Made by a program: the position numbers and the translations under genes
In this document: in pieces, positions 1 through 13,102 of the stretch
Layout of the letters: each line of letters begins with the position of its first letter
Numbering within the stretch: the first letter of the stretch is position 1
Source of the DNA: Squalus acanthias
Taxonomy: Eukaryota
Assembly: GCA_030390025.1 (NCBI GenBank)
Contig: JASTWF010000034.1
Coordinates: forward strand, 3,844,001 to 3,908,000
Length of the DNA stretch: 64,000 nucleotides
Direction of reading: 5' to 3'
Notes under the pieces: generated by a model
Seen by the model: the letters and a program-made list of their open reading frames with translations, nothing else
Database searches by the model: none
Told to the model about the DNA's origin: nothing

Positions 1-461
1 CTTCTAAACTCCAGTGGATACAAGCCTAGCCTGCCCAACCTTTCCTCATAAGACAACCCGCCCATTCCAGGTATTAGTCTAGTAAACCTTCTCTGAACTG
101 CTTCCAACGCATTTACATCCTTCCTTAGATAAGGAGACCAATACTGTACTCAGTACTCCAGATGTGGTCTCACCAATGCCCTCTATAACTGAAGCATAAA
201 CTCCCTACTTTTGTATTCAATTCCCCTCGCAATAAACGTTAACATTCTATTAGCTGTCCTAATTACTCGCAGTACCTGCATACTAACCTTTTGTGATTCA
301 TGCACTAGGACACCCAGAACCCTCTGCATCTCAAAGCTCTGCAATCTCTCACTATTTAGATAATATGCTTCTTTTTTATTTTTCCTGCCAAAATGCACAA
401 TTGCACATTTTCACAAATTATACTCTATTTGCCAGATCTTTGCCCAGTCACTTAACCTATT
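1..461 (-). mobile_element. CR1 LINE, ORF2 C-terminal part (continues from 1055-3445 across an insertion)
   Basis: ORF 183..398 (HFGRKNK...LGVLVHESQKVS...ARGIEYKS) is typical CR1 post-RT sequence; runs off the window start. Confidence 0.9.
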
Positions 462-1054
462 CAGATACATAGATACATAGATACATAGAAGATAGGAGCA
501 GGAGTAGGCCATCCGGCCCTTCGAGCCTGCTCCGCCATTTAATGAGATCATGGCTGATCCTCCAATTCAGTATCCCGTCCCCGCCTTCTCTCCGTAACCC
601 TTAACCCCTTTTGCCTGTAGAAATACATCTAATTCCCTCTTAAATATATTTAATGAGCTGGCGTACACTGCCCTCTGTGGCAATGAGTTCCACAGGTTCA
701 CCACCCTCTGAGTGAAGAAATTCCCCCTCATTTCTGTCCTAAATGGTTTAGCCCTTATCCTTAAATTATGTCCTCTAGTTCTGTTCTCACCCGCCAAGGG
801 AAACATTCCTTCTGCATCTAGTCTGTCTAGACCTGTCAGAATTTTATACACTTCTATGAGGTCCCCTCTCAATCTTCTAAACTCCAGTGTGTACATCCCT
901 AAACTACATAGTCTCTCCTCATAGGTCAATCCCGCCATTCCTGGTATCAGCCTGGTGAATCGCCGCTGCACCCCCTCCATGGCAAGAACATCTTTCCTCA
1001 GATGAGGCGACCAAAACTGTACACAGTACTCGAGGTGTGGTCTCACCAGTGCCC
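462..1054 (-). mobile_element. Young 5'-truncated CR1 inserted into an older CR1
   Basis: Uninterrupted ORF2 C-terminus (LVRPHLEYCVQFWSP...FFTQRVVNLWNSLP), 3'UTR stem-loop and (ATGTATCT)n tail; CAGATAC at 462-468 and 1054-1060 may be a target duplication. Confidence 0.9.
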
Positions 1055-3445
1055 AGATACCTTTGTAGCCACCATATGTCCTCTTCACAATTTACTTTCC
1101 TACCTATCTTTTTGTCATAAGCAAATTTAGCAACCATACCTTCGATCCCTTCATCCAAGACATTTATATAAATTGTAAAAAGTTGAGGCCCCAGCATTAT
1201 CCCTGTGGCACACTACACATTACATTTGCTAAGCAGAAAATGACCCATTTATGCCTACACTCTGTTTCCGGTTAGCTAGCCAATCTTCTATCCATGCCAA
1301 TATGTTACCCCCTACACCATGAGCTTTTATTTTCCGAAATAACCTTTGATGTGGCACCTTATCAAATGCCTTCTGGAATTCTAAGTACAGTACATCCACC
1401 GGTTCCCCTTTATCCACAGCACATGTTACTTCCTCAAAGAACTCCAATAAATTGGTTAAACATGATTTCCCTTTCACAAAACCATGCTGACTCTGCCTGA
1501 TTACCTTGAACTTTTACAAGTGCCCTGCTATAACGTCTTTAATAATAGTTTCTAGCATCTTCCCTAAGACAGGTGTTAAGCTAACTGGCCTGTAGTTTCC
1601 TGCTTTCTGTCTCCCTCCCTTTTTGAATGAAGGAGTTACAATCGCTATTTTCTAATCTAATGGAACCTTCCCCGAATCTAGGGAATTTTGGAAAATTAAA
1701 ACCAACGCATCAACTATCTCACTAGCTACTTCTTTTAAGACCCTAGGATGAAGTCCATCAGGACTCGGGGACTTGTCAGCCCGCATCTCCAACAATTTCC
1801 TCATTACTACTTCCCTGGTGATTGTAATTTTCCTGACTTCCTCCCTCCCTTCCATTTCCTGATCTACAGCTGTTTCTGGAATGTTACTTGTATCCTCTAT
1901 AGTGAAGACCGATGCAAAATACCTGTTCAATTCAACTGCCATCTCCTTATTTTCCATTATTAATTCCCCAGACTCACTTTTTATAGCACCAACGCTCCCT
2001 TTGTGAACTCTTTTCTTTTTAGAATATCGATAGAAACTCTTACTATCTGTTTTTATATTTCTAGCTAGCTTTCTCTCGTACTCTAATTTTTCTCTCCTTA
2101 TTAATCTTTTAGTAATTCGTTGCTGTTTGTTTATATTCTGTCCAATCTTCTGACCTGCCACCCATCTTTGCACAATTATATGCTTTATCTTTAAGTTTGA
2201 TACTATCTTTAACTTTTTTAGGTAACCACGGATGGTGGGTCCTCCCCTTGGTATTTTCCTTTCTCGTTGGAATGGATCTATTCTGTGTATTCTGAAATAT
2301 CCCATTAAATGTCTGCCACTGCAGCTCTATTGACCTATCGCTTACTCTAGTTTGCCAGTTCACTTTAGCTAGCTCTGCTATCATGCCCTCATAATTGCCC
2401 TTATTTAAGTTAAAAAAACTAGTCTTGGACCAACTCTTCTCTCCCTCAAACTGAATGTAACATTCAATCATATTATGATCGCTGCGACCTAGGGGCACCT
2501 TCACTATGTGGTCATTAATTAATCTTATCTTGTTTCACAATACCAGGTCTACTATAGCCTGCTCTCTGGTTGGCTGCAGAACGTGTTCTAAGAAACTGTC
2601 CCAAAAACATTCTATGAACTCATCTAGGCTACCTTTGCCCATCTGATTTTTCATTCTATATGTAGATTAAAATCCCCCATGATTATTGCCGTACCTTTCT
2701 GACAAGCTCCCATTATTTCTTCCTTGATACTCCATCCTAACGTGTGGTTACTGTTAGGGGGCCTGTACACCACTTCCACAAGTGACTTCTTGCCTTCATC
2801 ATTTCTCATCTCTACCCAAACCGCTTCTGCATCCTGGTTTCCTGAACTTTAGTCATCCCTCTATTGCGCTAATACCATTATTAATTTACAGAGCCACCCC
2901 TCCACTTTTTCCTAAATATCATGTACCCTTCAATATTCAGGTCCCAATGTTTGTCATCCTGCAGCCATGTCTCTGTAATAGCTATCAGATTGTACTTATT
3001 TAATTCTATTTACGCCATCAGTTCATCTGTTTTGTTTCGAATGCTTCGTGCATTCAGATACAGAGCCTTTAGTTTTGTCCTTTTGTTATTTTTGTAACCT
3101 TTAGCCTTATCTATTGATTTACTCTTAGATTTGTACTCTCTATCCCTTCCCGTCTCGGTCTGCTTATCATTTCCCATATTAATACCTTTCTCTCTTGTCT
3201 TGTTTCTACTCTTTGATTTACCACATCTTCCCAGATTTGATCCCTGGCCCCCAATATTTAGTTGAAAGCCCTCTCTACCGCCCTAGTTATATGACTCGCC
3301 AGAACACTGGTCCCAGCACGGTTCAGGTGAAGACCAACCCAACGGTACAGTTCCCACTTTCCCCAGTACTGGTGCTAGTGCCCCAGGAAGCGAAACCAAT
3401 TTCTCCCATACCAGTCTTTGAGCTACGCATTCATCTCTCTAATTT
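1055..3445 (-). mobile_element. Decayed CR1 LINE: end of ORF1 esterase, AP endonuclease and RT
   Basis: Frameshifted ORFs with LGRSDHNMI (endonuclease), KSPSPDGLHPRVLKE, SCLTNLLEFFE, FQKAFDKVPH, LGPQLFTIYIN. Confidence 0.92.
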
Positions 3446-6400
3446 GATGGAACAGGGTAGAGGGAGCTATACTTTGTATCTAAACCGTGCTGTATCTGCC
3501 CTGGGAGTGTTCGACAGGTCTTTGTAGAGGGAGCTTTACTCTGTACCTAACCCGTGCACTACCTGCTCTGCGAGTATTTAATGCTACAGTAATGAGGGAG
3601 CTTACTCTTTCAAAACAGTGCTGTACCTGCCCTGGGAGTGTTTGATGGGACGGTGTAGAGGGAGCTTTACTCTGTATCTAACCCTGTGCTGTACCTGCCA
3701 TGGTACTGTTTGATGGGACAGTGCAGAGGGAGTTTTACGCTGTATCTAACCCGTGCTGTACCTGCCCTCGGAATATTTGAAGGATCTTTGTAGAGGAAGC
3801 TTTACTCTGTATGTAACCCGTGCTGTATCTTCCTGGGAATATTTGAAGGGACAGTGCAGAGGAAGCTTTACTTTGCATCAATCCCTGTGCTGTACCTGCC
3901 CTGAGAGTGTTCGATAAGTCTTTGTAGAGGGAGCTTTACTCTGTACCTAACCCGTGCACTACCTGCCCTGCGAGTATGTAATGCTACAGTGATGAGGGAT
4001 TTTTACTCTTTCAAAACAGTGCTGTACCTGCCCTGGGAGTGTTTGATCGGACAGTGTAGATGCAGCTTTACTCTGTATCTAACCCGTGCTGTACCTGCCC
4101 TGGGAGTGTTTGATGTGACAGTGTAGAGGGAGCTTTACTCTGTATCTAACCCCGTGCTGTACCAGCCATGGGGCTTTTTGATGGGACAGTGTAGAGGGAG
4201 CTTTACTCTGTGTCTAACCGGTGCTGTACCTGCCCTGGCAGTTTTTGATACGACAGTGTAAAGGGAGCTTTACTCTGTACCTAATCCATGCATTACTTGC
4301 CCTGAGAGTGTTTGAGGGGACAGTGTAGAGGGAGCTTTATTCGGTATCTAACACGGGCTGTACCTGCCTGAGAAAGTTTGATGCGACAGTTTAGAGGAAG
4401 CTTTACTCTGTATCTAACCCGTGCTGTACCTGCCCTGGGAGTGTTTGATGGGACAGTGTAGAGGGAGCTTTACTCTGTATCTAACCCGTGCTGCACCTGC
4501 CCTGGGAGTGTTTGATAGGACAGTGTAGAGGGAGCTTTACTCTGTATCTAACCCCGTGCACGACCTGCCCTGCGAGTGCTTGATGAGGCAGTGTAGAGGG
4601 AGCTTTACTCTGTACCTAACCCGTGCACGACGTGCCCTGCGACTGTTTGATGGGGCAGTGTAGAGGGAGCTATATTCTGCATTTTACCTGTTCTGTACCT
4701 GCCCTGGGAGCGTTTGATGGGACAGTGCAGAGGGATCTTTACTCTGTAACTAACCTATGCACTAACTTCCCAGCGAGTGTTTGATGGGACAGTTTAGATG
4801 GTGCTTTATTCTATATCTAACCATTGCAGTACCTGCCCTGGGAGTGTATGATGGGATTCTGCAGAGGGATCTTTACTCTGCATCTTACCTGTGCTGTACC
4901 AGTCCTGGGAGTGTTTGATGGGACAGTGTATAGGTAGATTTACTCTGCATCTTACCTGTGCTGTACCTAAACTCTGAGTGTTTGATGGGAAAGTATAGAG
5001 GGAACTTTACTCTGTAACTAACCTGTGCTGCACCTGCCCCGGGACTGTTTGTTGGGACAGTGTAGAGGGAGCTCTAATCTGTATCTAACCATTGTTGTGT
5101 CTGCCCTTGGTGTGTTTGATAGCACAATGTATAGTGAGCTATACTCTGTATCTAACCCGTGCTGTTCCAGACCTGGGAGTGTTTGATGTGATAGTATATA
5201 TGGAGCATTACTCAGTATCTAACCCGTGCTGTACCTGCCCTGGGAGTGTTTCATGCGGCAGTCTAGAGGGAGCTTTACTCTGTATTTAATCCATGCTGTA
5301 CCTGACCTGGGAGTGTTTGATGCAAAAGTGTAGAGGCAGCTTTACTCTGCATCTTACCGTGCAGTACCTGGCCTGGCAGTGTTTGATTTGATACTATACA
5401 GGGAGCTATAGTCAGTATCTAACACGGGCTGTACATGCCTGGGAATATTTGATGGGACAGTGTAGAGCAATATTTACTCTGCATCCAACCCAGTGCTGTA
5501 CTTGCCCTGGGAGTGTTTGATGGGACAGTGTAGCGGGAGCTTTACTCTGTACCTAACCCATGCACTAACTGTCCTGCGAGTGTTTGATGGGACAGTGTAG
5601 AGGGAGCTTGACTCTATATCTAACCCCGTGCTGTACCTGCCATGGGGCTGTTTGATGGGAGAGTGTAGAGGGAGCTTTACTCTGTATCTAACCCGTGCTG
5701 TACCTGCCCTGGGAGTGTTTGATGGGGCAGTTTAGAGGGAGCCTTACTCTGTATCTAACCATTGCTGTACCTGCCCTGGGAGTGTTTGATGGGATTCTGT
5801 AGAGGTATTTTTACTCTGCATCTAACCATTGCTGTACCTGCCCTGGGAGTGTTTGATGGGATTCTGTAGAGAGATCTTGACTCTGCATCTAACCGGTGCT
5901 GTAACTGGTCTGAGAGTGTTTGATGCAACATGTATAGGCAACCTTACTCTGTATCTTACCTGTGCTGTACCTGAAATGGGAGTGTTTGATGGGCCAGTGT
6001 CGAGGGAGCTTTACTCTGTATCTAACCCGTGCTGTACCTGCCCTGGGAGTGTTTGATGGGACAGTGTAGAGGGAGCTTTATTCGGTATCTAACGTGGGCT
6101 GTTCCTGCCTGAGAAAGTTTGATGGGTCAGTGTAGAGGAAGATTTACTCTGTATCTTACCTGAGCTGTAGCTGACCTGGGAGTGTTTCGTGGGAAAGTGT
6201 AGAGGAAGCTTTACTCTGTACCTAACCCGTGCTGTACCTGTCCTGCGAGTGTACGATGGGGCAGTGTAGAGGGAGCTTTACTCTGCATCTAACCTGTGCT
6301 GTAACTGCCCTGCGAGTGTTTGATGGGTCAGTGTAGAGGGAGCTTTATTCGATATCTAACAATTGCAGCACCTGCCCTGGGAGTGTATGATTGGAGTCTG

Positions 6401-8834
6401 TAGAGGGATCCTTACTCTGCATCTTACCTGTGCTGTACCTGTCCTGGTAGTGTTTGATGGGACAGTGTAGAGGGAGCTTTACTCTGCATCTTACCTGTGC
6501 TGTACCTGCTTTGGGAGTGTTTGATGGGACGGTGTAGAGGGAGCTTTACTCTGCATGTAACCCCGTGCTGTACCTGCCATGGTGCTGTTTGATGGGACAG
6601 TGTAGAGGGAGCTTTACTCTGTATCCAACCCTTGCTGTACCTGCCCTGGGAGTGTTTGATGTGACAGTGTAGAGGGAGCTTTACTCTGTATCTTACCTAA
6701 GCAGTAGCTGACCTGGGAGTGTTTGATGGGACAGTGTAGAGGGAGCTTTATTCGGTATCTAACGCGGGCTGTACCTGCCCTGGGAGTGTTTGATGGGACA
6801 GTGTTGAGGGAGCTTTACTCTGTATCCAACCCCGTGTATTACCTGCCCTGCGAGTGTTTGATGGGACAGAGTAGAGGGTGCTTTATTCTATATCTAACCA
6901 TTGCAGTATCTGCCCTGGGATTCTGTAGAGGGATCTTTACTCTGCATCTTACCTGTGCTGTACCTGTCCTGGGAGTGTTTGATGGGACAGTGTAGAGGGA
7001 ACTTTACTCTGTGACTAACCTGTGCTGTCCCTGCCCTGGGAGTGTTTGATGCAACAGTGTAGTGGGAGCTTCATTCCATTTCTAATCCATGCTGCACCTG
7101 CCCCGGGATTGTTTGTTGGGACAGTGTAGAGGGAGCTCTACTCTATATCTAACCATTGTTGTGTCCGCCCTTAGTGTGTTTGATGGCACAATATATAGTG
7201 AGCTATACTCTGTATCTAACCCGTGCAGTACCTGGCCTGGGAGTGTTTGTTGGAACTGGATAGAGGGGTCTTTACTCTGTATCTAACCCGTGCTGTTCCA
7301 GACCTGGGAGTGTTTAATGTGATAGTATACAGGGAGCTTAACGCAGTATCTAACCCGTGCTGTACCTGCCGTGGGAGTGTTTGATGGGGCAGTGTAGAGG
7401 GAGCTTTACTCTGTATCGATTCCGTGCAGTACCTGGCCTGGGAGTGTTCGAAATGACAGTATACAGGGAGCTATAGTCAGTATCTAACACGGGCTGTACA
7501 CGCCTGGGAATATTTGATGGGACAGTGTAGAGGAAGCGTTACTCTGCATCCAACCTAGTGCTGTACCTGCGCTGCGAGTGTTTGATGGGAAAGTGTAGCG
7601 GGAGCTTTACTCTGTAGCTAACCCATGCACTAACTGCCCTGCGAGTGTTTGATGGGCAACACGGTGGCATAGTGGTTAGCACTGGTGTCTCACAGCGCCA
7701 GGGACCCGGGTTCGAATCTGACCTCGGGTAACTGTCTGTGTGGAGTTTGCACATTCTCCCCGTGTCTGCGTGGGTTTCCTCCGGGTGCTCCGGTTTCCTC
7801 CCACAGTCCAAAAATGTGTGGGTTAGGTTGATTTGGCTATGATAAATTGACCCTTAGTGTTCGGGGGGGGTTAAATATGTGGGGTTATGGGGATAGGATG
7901 GGATATGTCAGGGGGAATTAAATACGTGGGGTTATGGGGGTAGGGTGGGATATGTGTACTGTGGGGATTAAAGCAGGGACAGGGTACTGGATTTGGATGA
8001 TCAGCCATGATCGTATTGAATGGTGGAGCAGGCTCGACGGGCCGAATGGCCTACTCCTGCTCCTAGATTCTATGTTTCTATGGGTCAGTGCAGTGGGAGC
8101 TTTACTCTATCTCTAACCATTGCTGTACCTGCCCTGGGAGTGTGTGTTGGGACAGTGTAGCGAAGCTGTACTCTGTATCTAACCCGTGCTGTACCTGCCC
8201 TGGAAATGTTTGATGCGACAGTGCAGAGGGAGCTTTATTCTACATCTAACTAGTGCTGTAGCTGTCTGGGAATCGTTGTTGGCGCAGTGCAGAGAGAGCT
8301 TTACTCTGTATCTAAACCGTGCTGTACCTGCCCTGGGAGTGTTTGATGGGACAGTGTAGAGGAAGCTTTACTCTGTATCTAAACCGTGCTGTACCTGCCC
8401 TCGGAGTGTTTGATGGGACAGTGTAGAGGGAGCTTTACTCTGTATCTAAACTTTGCTGTACCTGCCCTGGAAGTGTCTTTTGGGACAGTGTAGAGGCAGC
8501 TTTACTCTGTATCTAACCCTTGCTGTACCTGCCCTGGGAGTGTTTGATGGGATTGTGTATATGGCTCTTTACTCTGTATCTAAACCTTGCTGTACCTGCC
8601 CTGGGAGTGTTTGATGGGATTGTGCAGAGGGCTCTTTACTATGTATCTAATCCTTGCAGTACCTGCCCTGGGAGTGCTTGACGGCCAGTGTATTGTGCGC
8701 TTTACTCTATATCTAACCCATGCTGTACCTCACCTGCGAGTGTTTGATGGGACCGTGCAGAGGGATCTTTACTAAGTATCTAACAAATGCTGTACCTGCA
8801 CTGGGACTGTTTGATGGGACAGTGTAGTGGGAGC
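3445..8834 (+). repeat. 67-bp satellite array, interrupted by a SINE
   Basis: Unit GGGAGTGTTTGATGGGACAGTGTAGAGGGAGCTTTACTCTGTATCTAACCCGTGCTGTACCTGCCCT; period 67 (e.g. 4437 to 4504). Confidence 0.95.
7654..8082 (+). mobile_element. tRNA-derived SINE (HE1/V-SINE type) with CR1 3' tail
   Basis: A box TGGCATAGTGG, B box GGTTCGAATC, central V-like domain (GTGGAGTTTGCACATTCTCCCCGTGTCTGCGTGGGTTTCCTCCGGGTGCTCCGGTTTCC), CR1-like tail ending TTCTATG repeats. Confidence 0.9.
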
Positions 8835-9162
8835 CTTATAACTCTTTATAACGTTAGAATCCTTAATAAACATTTACAAAAGGTGTATAACGGGTTATTA
8901 AGGATTATAATGATTTATAAAGGGTCATGTCCCTTTATAATATTTTGCATCACTTTGTACCCCATTCAAATCCCTTTATAATCCTTTGTCAATCATTATA
9001 ACACTTTATAAGCCTTTCTCGATCATTACCACCCTTTATATTCCTTAACAATTCATCATAACACTTTATATTCTAAAATCAACATTTATATATCATTATA
9101 ATACTTTATATTCATTTATAGTAATTTATAACCCAGCATAATCCTTTATAACCCTTTATAAA
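8835..9162. repeat. AT-rich degenerate CTTTATAA-motif repeat with inverted repeats
   Basis: Recurrent CCTTTATAA/TTATAAAGG motifs; perfect inverted repeats at 8857-8868/8895-8906 and 8915-8924/8931-8940. Confidence 0.6.
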
Positions 9163-9164
9163 GC

Positions 9165-10228
9165 GTCAGGATACAGCGTAGGGATAATGGGTAGGTACTC
9201 AAATTGGCAGGATGTGACTCGTGGTGTCCGGCAGGGCTGTGTTTTGGGGCCTCAGCTATTCACAATAATTATTAATGACTTAAGTGATCTCATAGAAAGA
9301 CATATACCCAAATTTGCCGATGACATAAAGATAGGCAGCATTGTAAGCAGTGTAGGTGAAACCATAAAATTACAAAGGGATATTGACAGATTAAGGGAAT
9401 GGGCAAAACTATGGCAAATGGATTTCAATGTAAGCAAATGTGAGGTCATCCACTTTGGACCCTAAAAGGATAGAACAGGTTACTTCCTAAATGGTGAAAA
9501 GCTAAAAAGAGTGGATGTCCAAAGAGACTTGGGGGGTCCAGGTACATAGATCATTAAAATGTCATGGACAGGTACAGAAAATAATCAAAAAGGCTCATGG
9601 AAAGCTTGTCTTTATATCTAGAGGACTAGATTACAAGGGGTAGAAGTTATTCTGCAGCTATACAAAACCTTGGTTAGACCACACCTGGAGTACTCTGAGC
9701 AGTTCTGGGCACCACACCTTAGGAAGGATATATTGGCCTTGGAGGGAGTGCAGCGCAGGTTTACCAGAATGATACCCAGACTTCAAGGGTTAAGTTACGA
9801 GGAGAGATTACACAAATTAGGGTACTATTCCCTAGAATTTAGAATGTTAAGGGGTGATCTGAGCGAAGTGTTCAGGATATTAAGGGGAACAGATAGAGTT
9901 GATAGCGAGAAACTATTTCCATTGGTGGGGTTACTAAGACTGGAGGCACAGTCTAAGAATTGGAGGCAGTCCTTTCAGGAGTGAAATTAGGAAACACTTC
10001 GACACACAAAGTGGGAGAAATTTGGAACACTCTTCCACAAACGGAAGTGGACGCTAGATAAATTGTTAATTTTAAATGGGAGATTTATTGCTTTTTGTTA
10101 ACCAAAGGTATGAAGGGATATGGGCCAAACGTGGGTTTATGGAGTTACATCGCAGATCAGTCAATGATCGCATTGAATGGGGCAACAGGCTCGAGGGGCT
10201 GAATGGCCTACTCCTCTTCCTACGTTCC
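9165..10228 (+). mobile_element. CR1 LINE 3' fragment (RT C-terminus and 3'UTR)
   Basis: ORFs 9187..9465 (GVRQGCVLGPQLF, KFADD) and 9670..9984; tail GAATGGCCTACTCCT. Confidence 0.9.
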
Positions 10229-10319
10229 TCAGTGTAGGATCCGTTGACTTGTTAGCCCTCCCCAAATGCATTACCTCACAAGCCTCCGGATTGAATTCCA
10301 TTTGCCACAAGCTCCCTGC

Positions 10320-10970
10320 ATGTAGCATGAGTTATACACAGAGTAAAGCTCCCTTTACACTGCCCAATCAAATAATCCAAGGGCAGGTACAACACGGGTT
10401 AGATCGAGAGATACAGAGTAAAGCTCCCTTTACACTGCCCAATCAAACAGTCCAAGGGCAGGTACCCCACGGGTTAGATAGAGAGATACAGAGTAAAGCT
10501 CCCTTTACACTGCCCAATCAAACAGTCCAAGGGCAGGTATAGCACGGGTTAGATCTCGAGATACAGAGTAAAGCTCCCTTTACACTGCCCAATCAAACAG
10601 TCCAAGGGCAGGTGCAGCACGGGTTGGATAGAGAGATACAGAGTAAAGCTCCCTTTACAATGCCCAATCAAACAGTCCAAGGGCACGAACAGCACGGGTT
10701 AGATAGAGAGATACAGACTAAACCTTCCTCTGCCCTGTCCACTCAAACACTCGCAGGGCAGGTACAGCGCGGGTGACATGCAAAGCTCCCTCTAATACAG
10801 CATGTGCAGCGTACAGCTCCCTTGACACTACCCAATGAAGCACAACCAGCTCGGGTACAGCATGGGATGAATACAGAATAAAGATCACACTACATGCAAG
10901 TGTCAAACACTCCCGGGTGAGGTACGGGCAAGGTTTATCTCCGAGTTAAGCTCCGCTCAACTTGCCACAT
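10320..10970 (-). repeat. Inverted array of the 67-bp satellite family, including a 75-bp variant
   Basis: GAGTAAAGCTCCC recurs at 10341, 10416, 10491 (period 75); becomes degenerate after about 10730. Confidence 0.85.
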
Positions 10971-11075
10971 CAAAGGCCGAGCCTGACGGCAGATGTTGAA
11001 CAGCTCCCAGTATCTGGTTAGACTCTCACCTCAGCAAAATCCTGGACTGATGGGATTCTCAGTAAAGTTCCTCAC

Positions 11076-11520
11076 CTTTCCAATCATTGTTGAAGCTTCC
11101 CGTTTTATCCCGTCTCCGACACTGGGGGTCTCGATCCCACCAGATCTGCTCGGTGAAGGCAGCGACATTTCTCCAGTCCCAGTCAGTGAGGCGATGATTC
11201 GACTTCTCTCTCTCAACCTTCCTGAGATATTGCTCACTCCCAGAGACTGTCAATAGAAAAACGATTCATATTAATCCCAGAATACAGGGGGAGCATTTTT
11301 GTGACCATAAATATATTCAATTTGATTATTTTTGCAATTAATCAGGGTGTTTGAATTACTTACTTTAATATTGAATAGTTCTTTTCTGTCCATTGCCCTG
11401 TTTATTGGGACTAAACTCACCCCCAGTGTCAGCTGTCACTCCAGCTCCTCCCACACCGACATCCCACTGATGGGCCGTAACCAGGGGCGGGGCCCTGTCT
11501 CCAGGTGACATCACACAGCA
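11076..11520 (-). other. Putative promoter, non-coding exon 1 and first coding exon of an unidentified gene (copy 1)
   Basis: GC box 11484-11493, TGACATCA 11506-11513, donor GG|GTGAGT at 11420, acceptor TTTTCTATTGACAG at 11247, ATG 11168 (MSLPSPSRSGGIETPSVGDGIKREASTMIGK), donor AAG|GTGAGG at 11075; paralogous copy near 34.5-35.06 kb. Confidence 0.45.
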
Positions 11521-11899
11521 GCTTGGAACGATGTCACAAAGCGGCCGGAACCCCTCCCACTCGAGGTGTCACAGGTTCACATTGACCATGCTCTGCTCCT
11601 GGTGTGCAGTCTCACTGGGCATGAACACAGGGTGTACAATCAGCCCCGTCTCCGGGAATGAACTGGATCCTGCCCTACATCTCTCCCGAGTTTTATTTCC
11701 ATCGGTGTACAATGGGTGGCTGATTCACAATTACCCGGTTTGTACTTTAGCACCTACTAAACGACAAACTCTACCCCAGTATTTCTTTCCTTCTCTACGT
11801 ATCTGCTCCCTCACTGTCTCTGCCTCTCTCTCTCTCTCTGCAGTGAGGGATACGTCTGGGGCTGGGATCATACTGTGCGGAAAGGATCAGAATACCAGT

Positions 11900-12980
11900 T
11901 AGCCTCTCTTCCCTCTCCCACATCGTTACCTCTGTTGTCCCCCAAGGATCTCTCCTTGGCCCCCTCCTATTTCTCATCTACACGTTGCCACTTGGTGAAA
12001 TCATCCAGAAACACAGTCAGTTCCCACATGTACGCTGACGACACCCAGCTCTACCTCACTACCTCTTCTCTCGACCCCTCCACGGTGTCTAAATTGTCAG
12101 ACTGCTTGACCGACATGAGCAAAAGTTTCTCCAAGTAAATATTGGGAAGACCGAAGCCATTGTTTTCGGTCCCTGCCAACAAAAACCGTTCCCTTGCCAC
12201 AGACTCAATCCCTCTCTCTAACATCTGTCTGAGGCTGAACCACACTGTTCGCAACATTGGTGTCATATTTGACCCTGAATTGAGCTTCCGACCACATATC
12301 CGCAGCATAACAAAGGCCGCCTACTTCCACCTCCGTAACATCACCCGTCTCCGCCCTTGCTCATCTCATCCGCTGCTGAAACCCTCATCCATGCCTTTGT
12401 TACTTCCAGACTTGACTATTCCAACGCACTCCTGGCTGGCCTCCCACATTCCACCCTATGTAAACTTGAGGTCATCCAAAACTCGGCTGCCCGTGTCCTA
12501 ACTCGCACCAAGTCCCGTTCACCCATCTCCCCTGTGCTCGCTGACCTACACTGGCTCCCGGTTAAGCAGCACCTCGATTTCAAAATTCTCATCCTTGTTT
12601 TCAAATCCCTCCATGGCCTCGCCCCTTCCTATCTCTAATCTCCTTCAGCCCCACAAACCCCCCGAGATATCTGCGCTCCTCTAATTCTGCCCTCTTGAGC
12701 ATCCCTGATTATAATCGCTCAACATTTGGTGGCCGTGCCTTCTGTTGCCTAGGCCCTAAGTTCTGGAATTCCCAGCCTAAACCTCTCCGCCTCGCTACCT
12801 CTCTTTCCTCCTTGAAGACGCTCATTAAAACCTTCCACTTTGACCAAGCTTTTAGTCACCTGTCCGAATTTATCCTGATGTGGCTCAATGTCAAAATTGT
12901 TTGTCTTAAAATACTCCTGTGAAGCGACTTGGGACGTTTTACTACGTTAAAGGTGCTATTTAAATACAAGTTATTGTTGT
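11900..12980 (+). mobile_element. L2-clade LINE 3' fragment
   Basis: HMYADDTQLY, HAFVTSRLDYSNALLAGLP, PVLADLHWLPV, GGRAF...WNS; 3'UTR TGTGAAGCG...ATACAAGTTATTGTTG. Confidence 0.9.
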
Positions 12981-12994
12981 ACATCTCTGGCTCT

Positions 12995-13100
12995 ATAGAA
13001 TCATAGAATGGTTACAGCACAGAAGGAGGCCTTACGGCCCATCGAGGCCGTGCCGGCTCTCTGCAAGAGCACTTCAGCAAGTCCCACTTATCCAATCCCC
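12995..13100 (-). mobile_element. CR1-type 3' tail fragment
   Basis: ATAGAATCATAGAATGGTTACAGCACAGAAGGAGGCC is the reverse complement of a CR1 3' end with (ATTCTATG)n. Confidence 0.7.
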
Positions 13101-13102
13101 TT

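Noticed and set aside
7654..7725. tRNA gene
   Set aside because: The tRNA-like head continues into SINE body and LINE tail and recurs in three full copies; it is a SINE head
3445..8834. CRISPR-like regular repeats here and at 32561-34140
   Set aside because: Head-to-tail units with no unique spacers, no cas genes and a vertebrate context
3445..8834. GACAGTG/CACTGTC in the 67-mer as V(D)J recombination heptamers, and TAGAGGGAGC as a CTCF core
   Set aside because: No nonamer at 12 or 23 nt and no V/J segments; the CTCF match lacks the 5' CCA half
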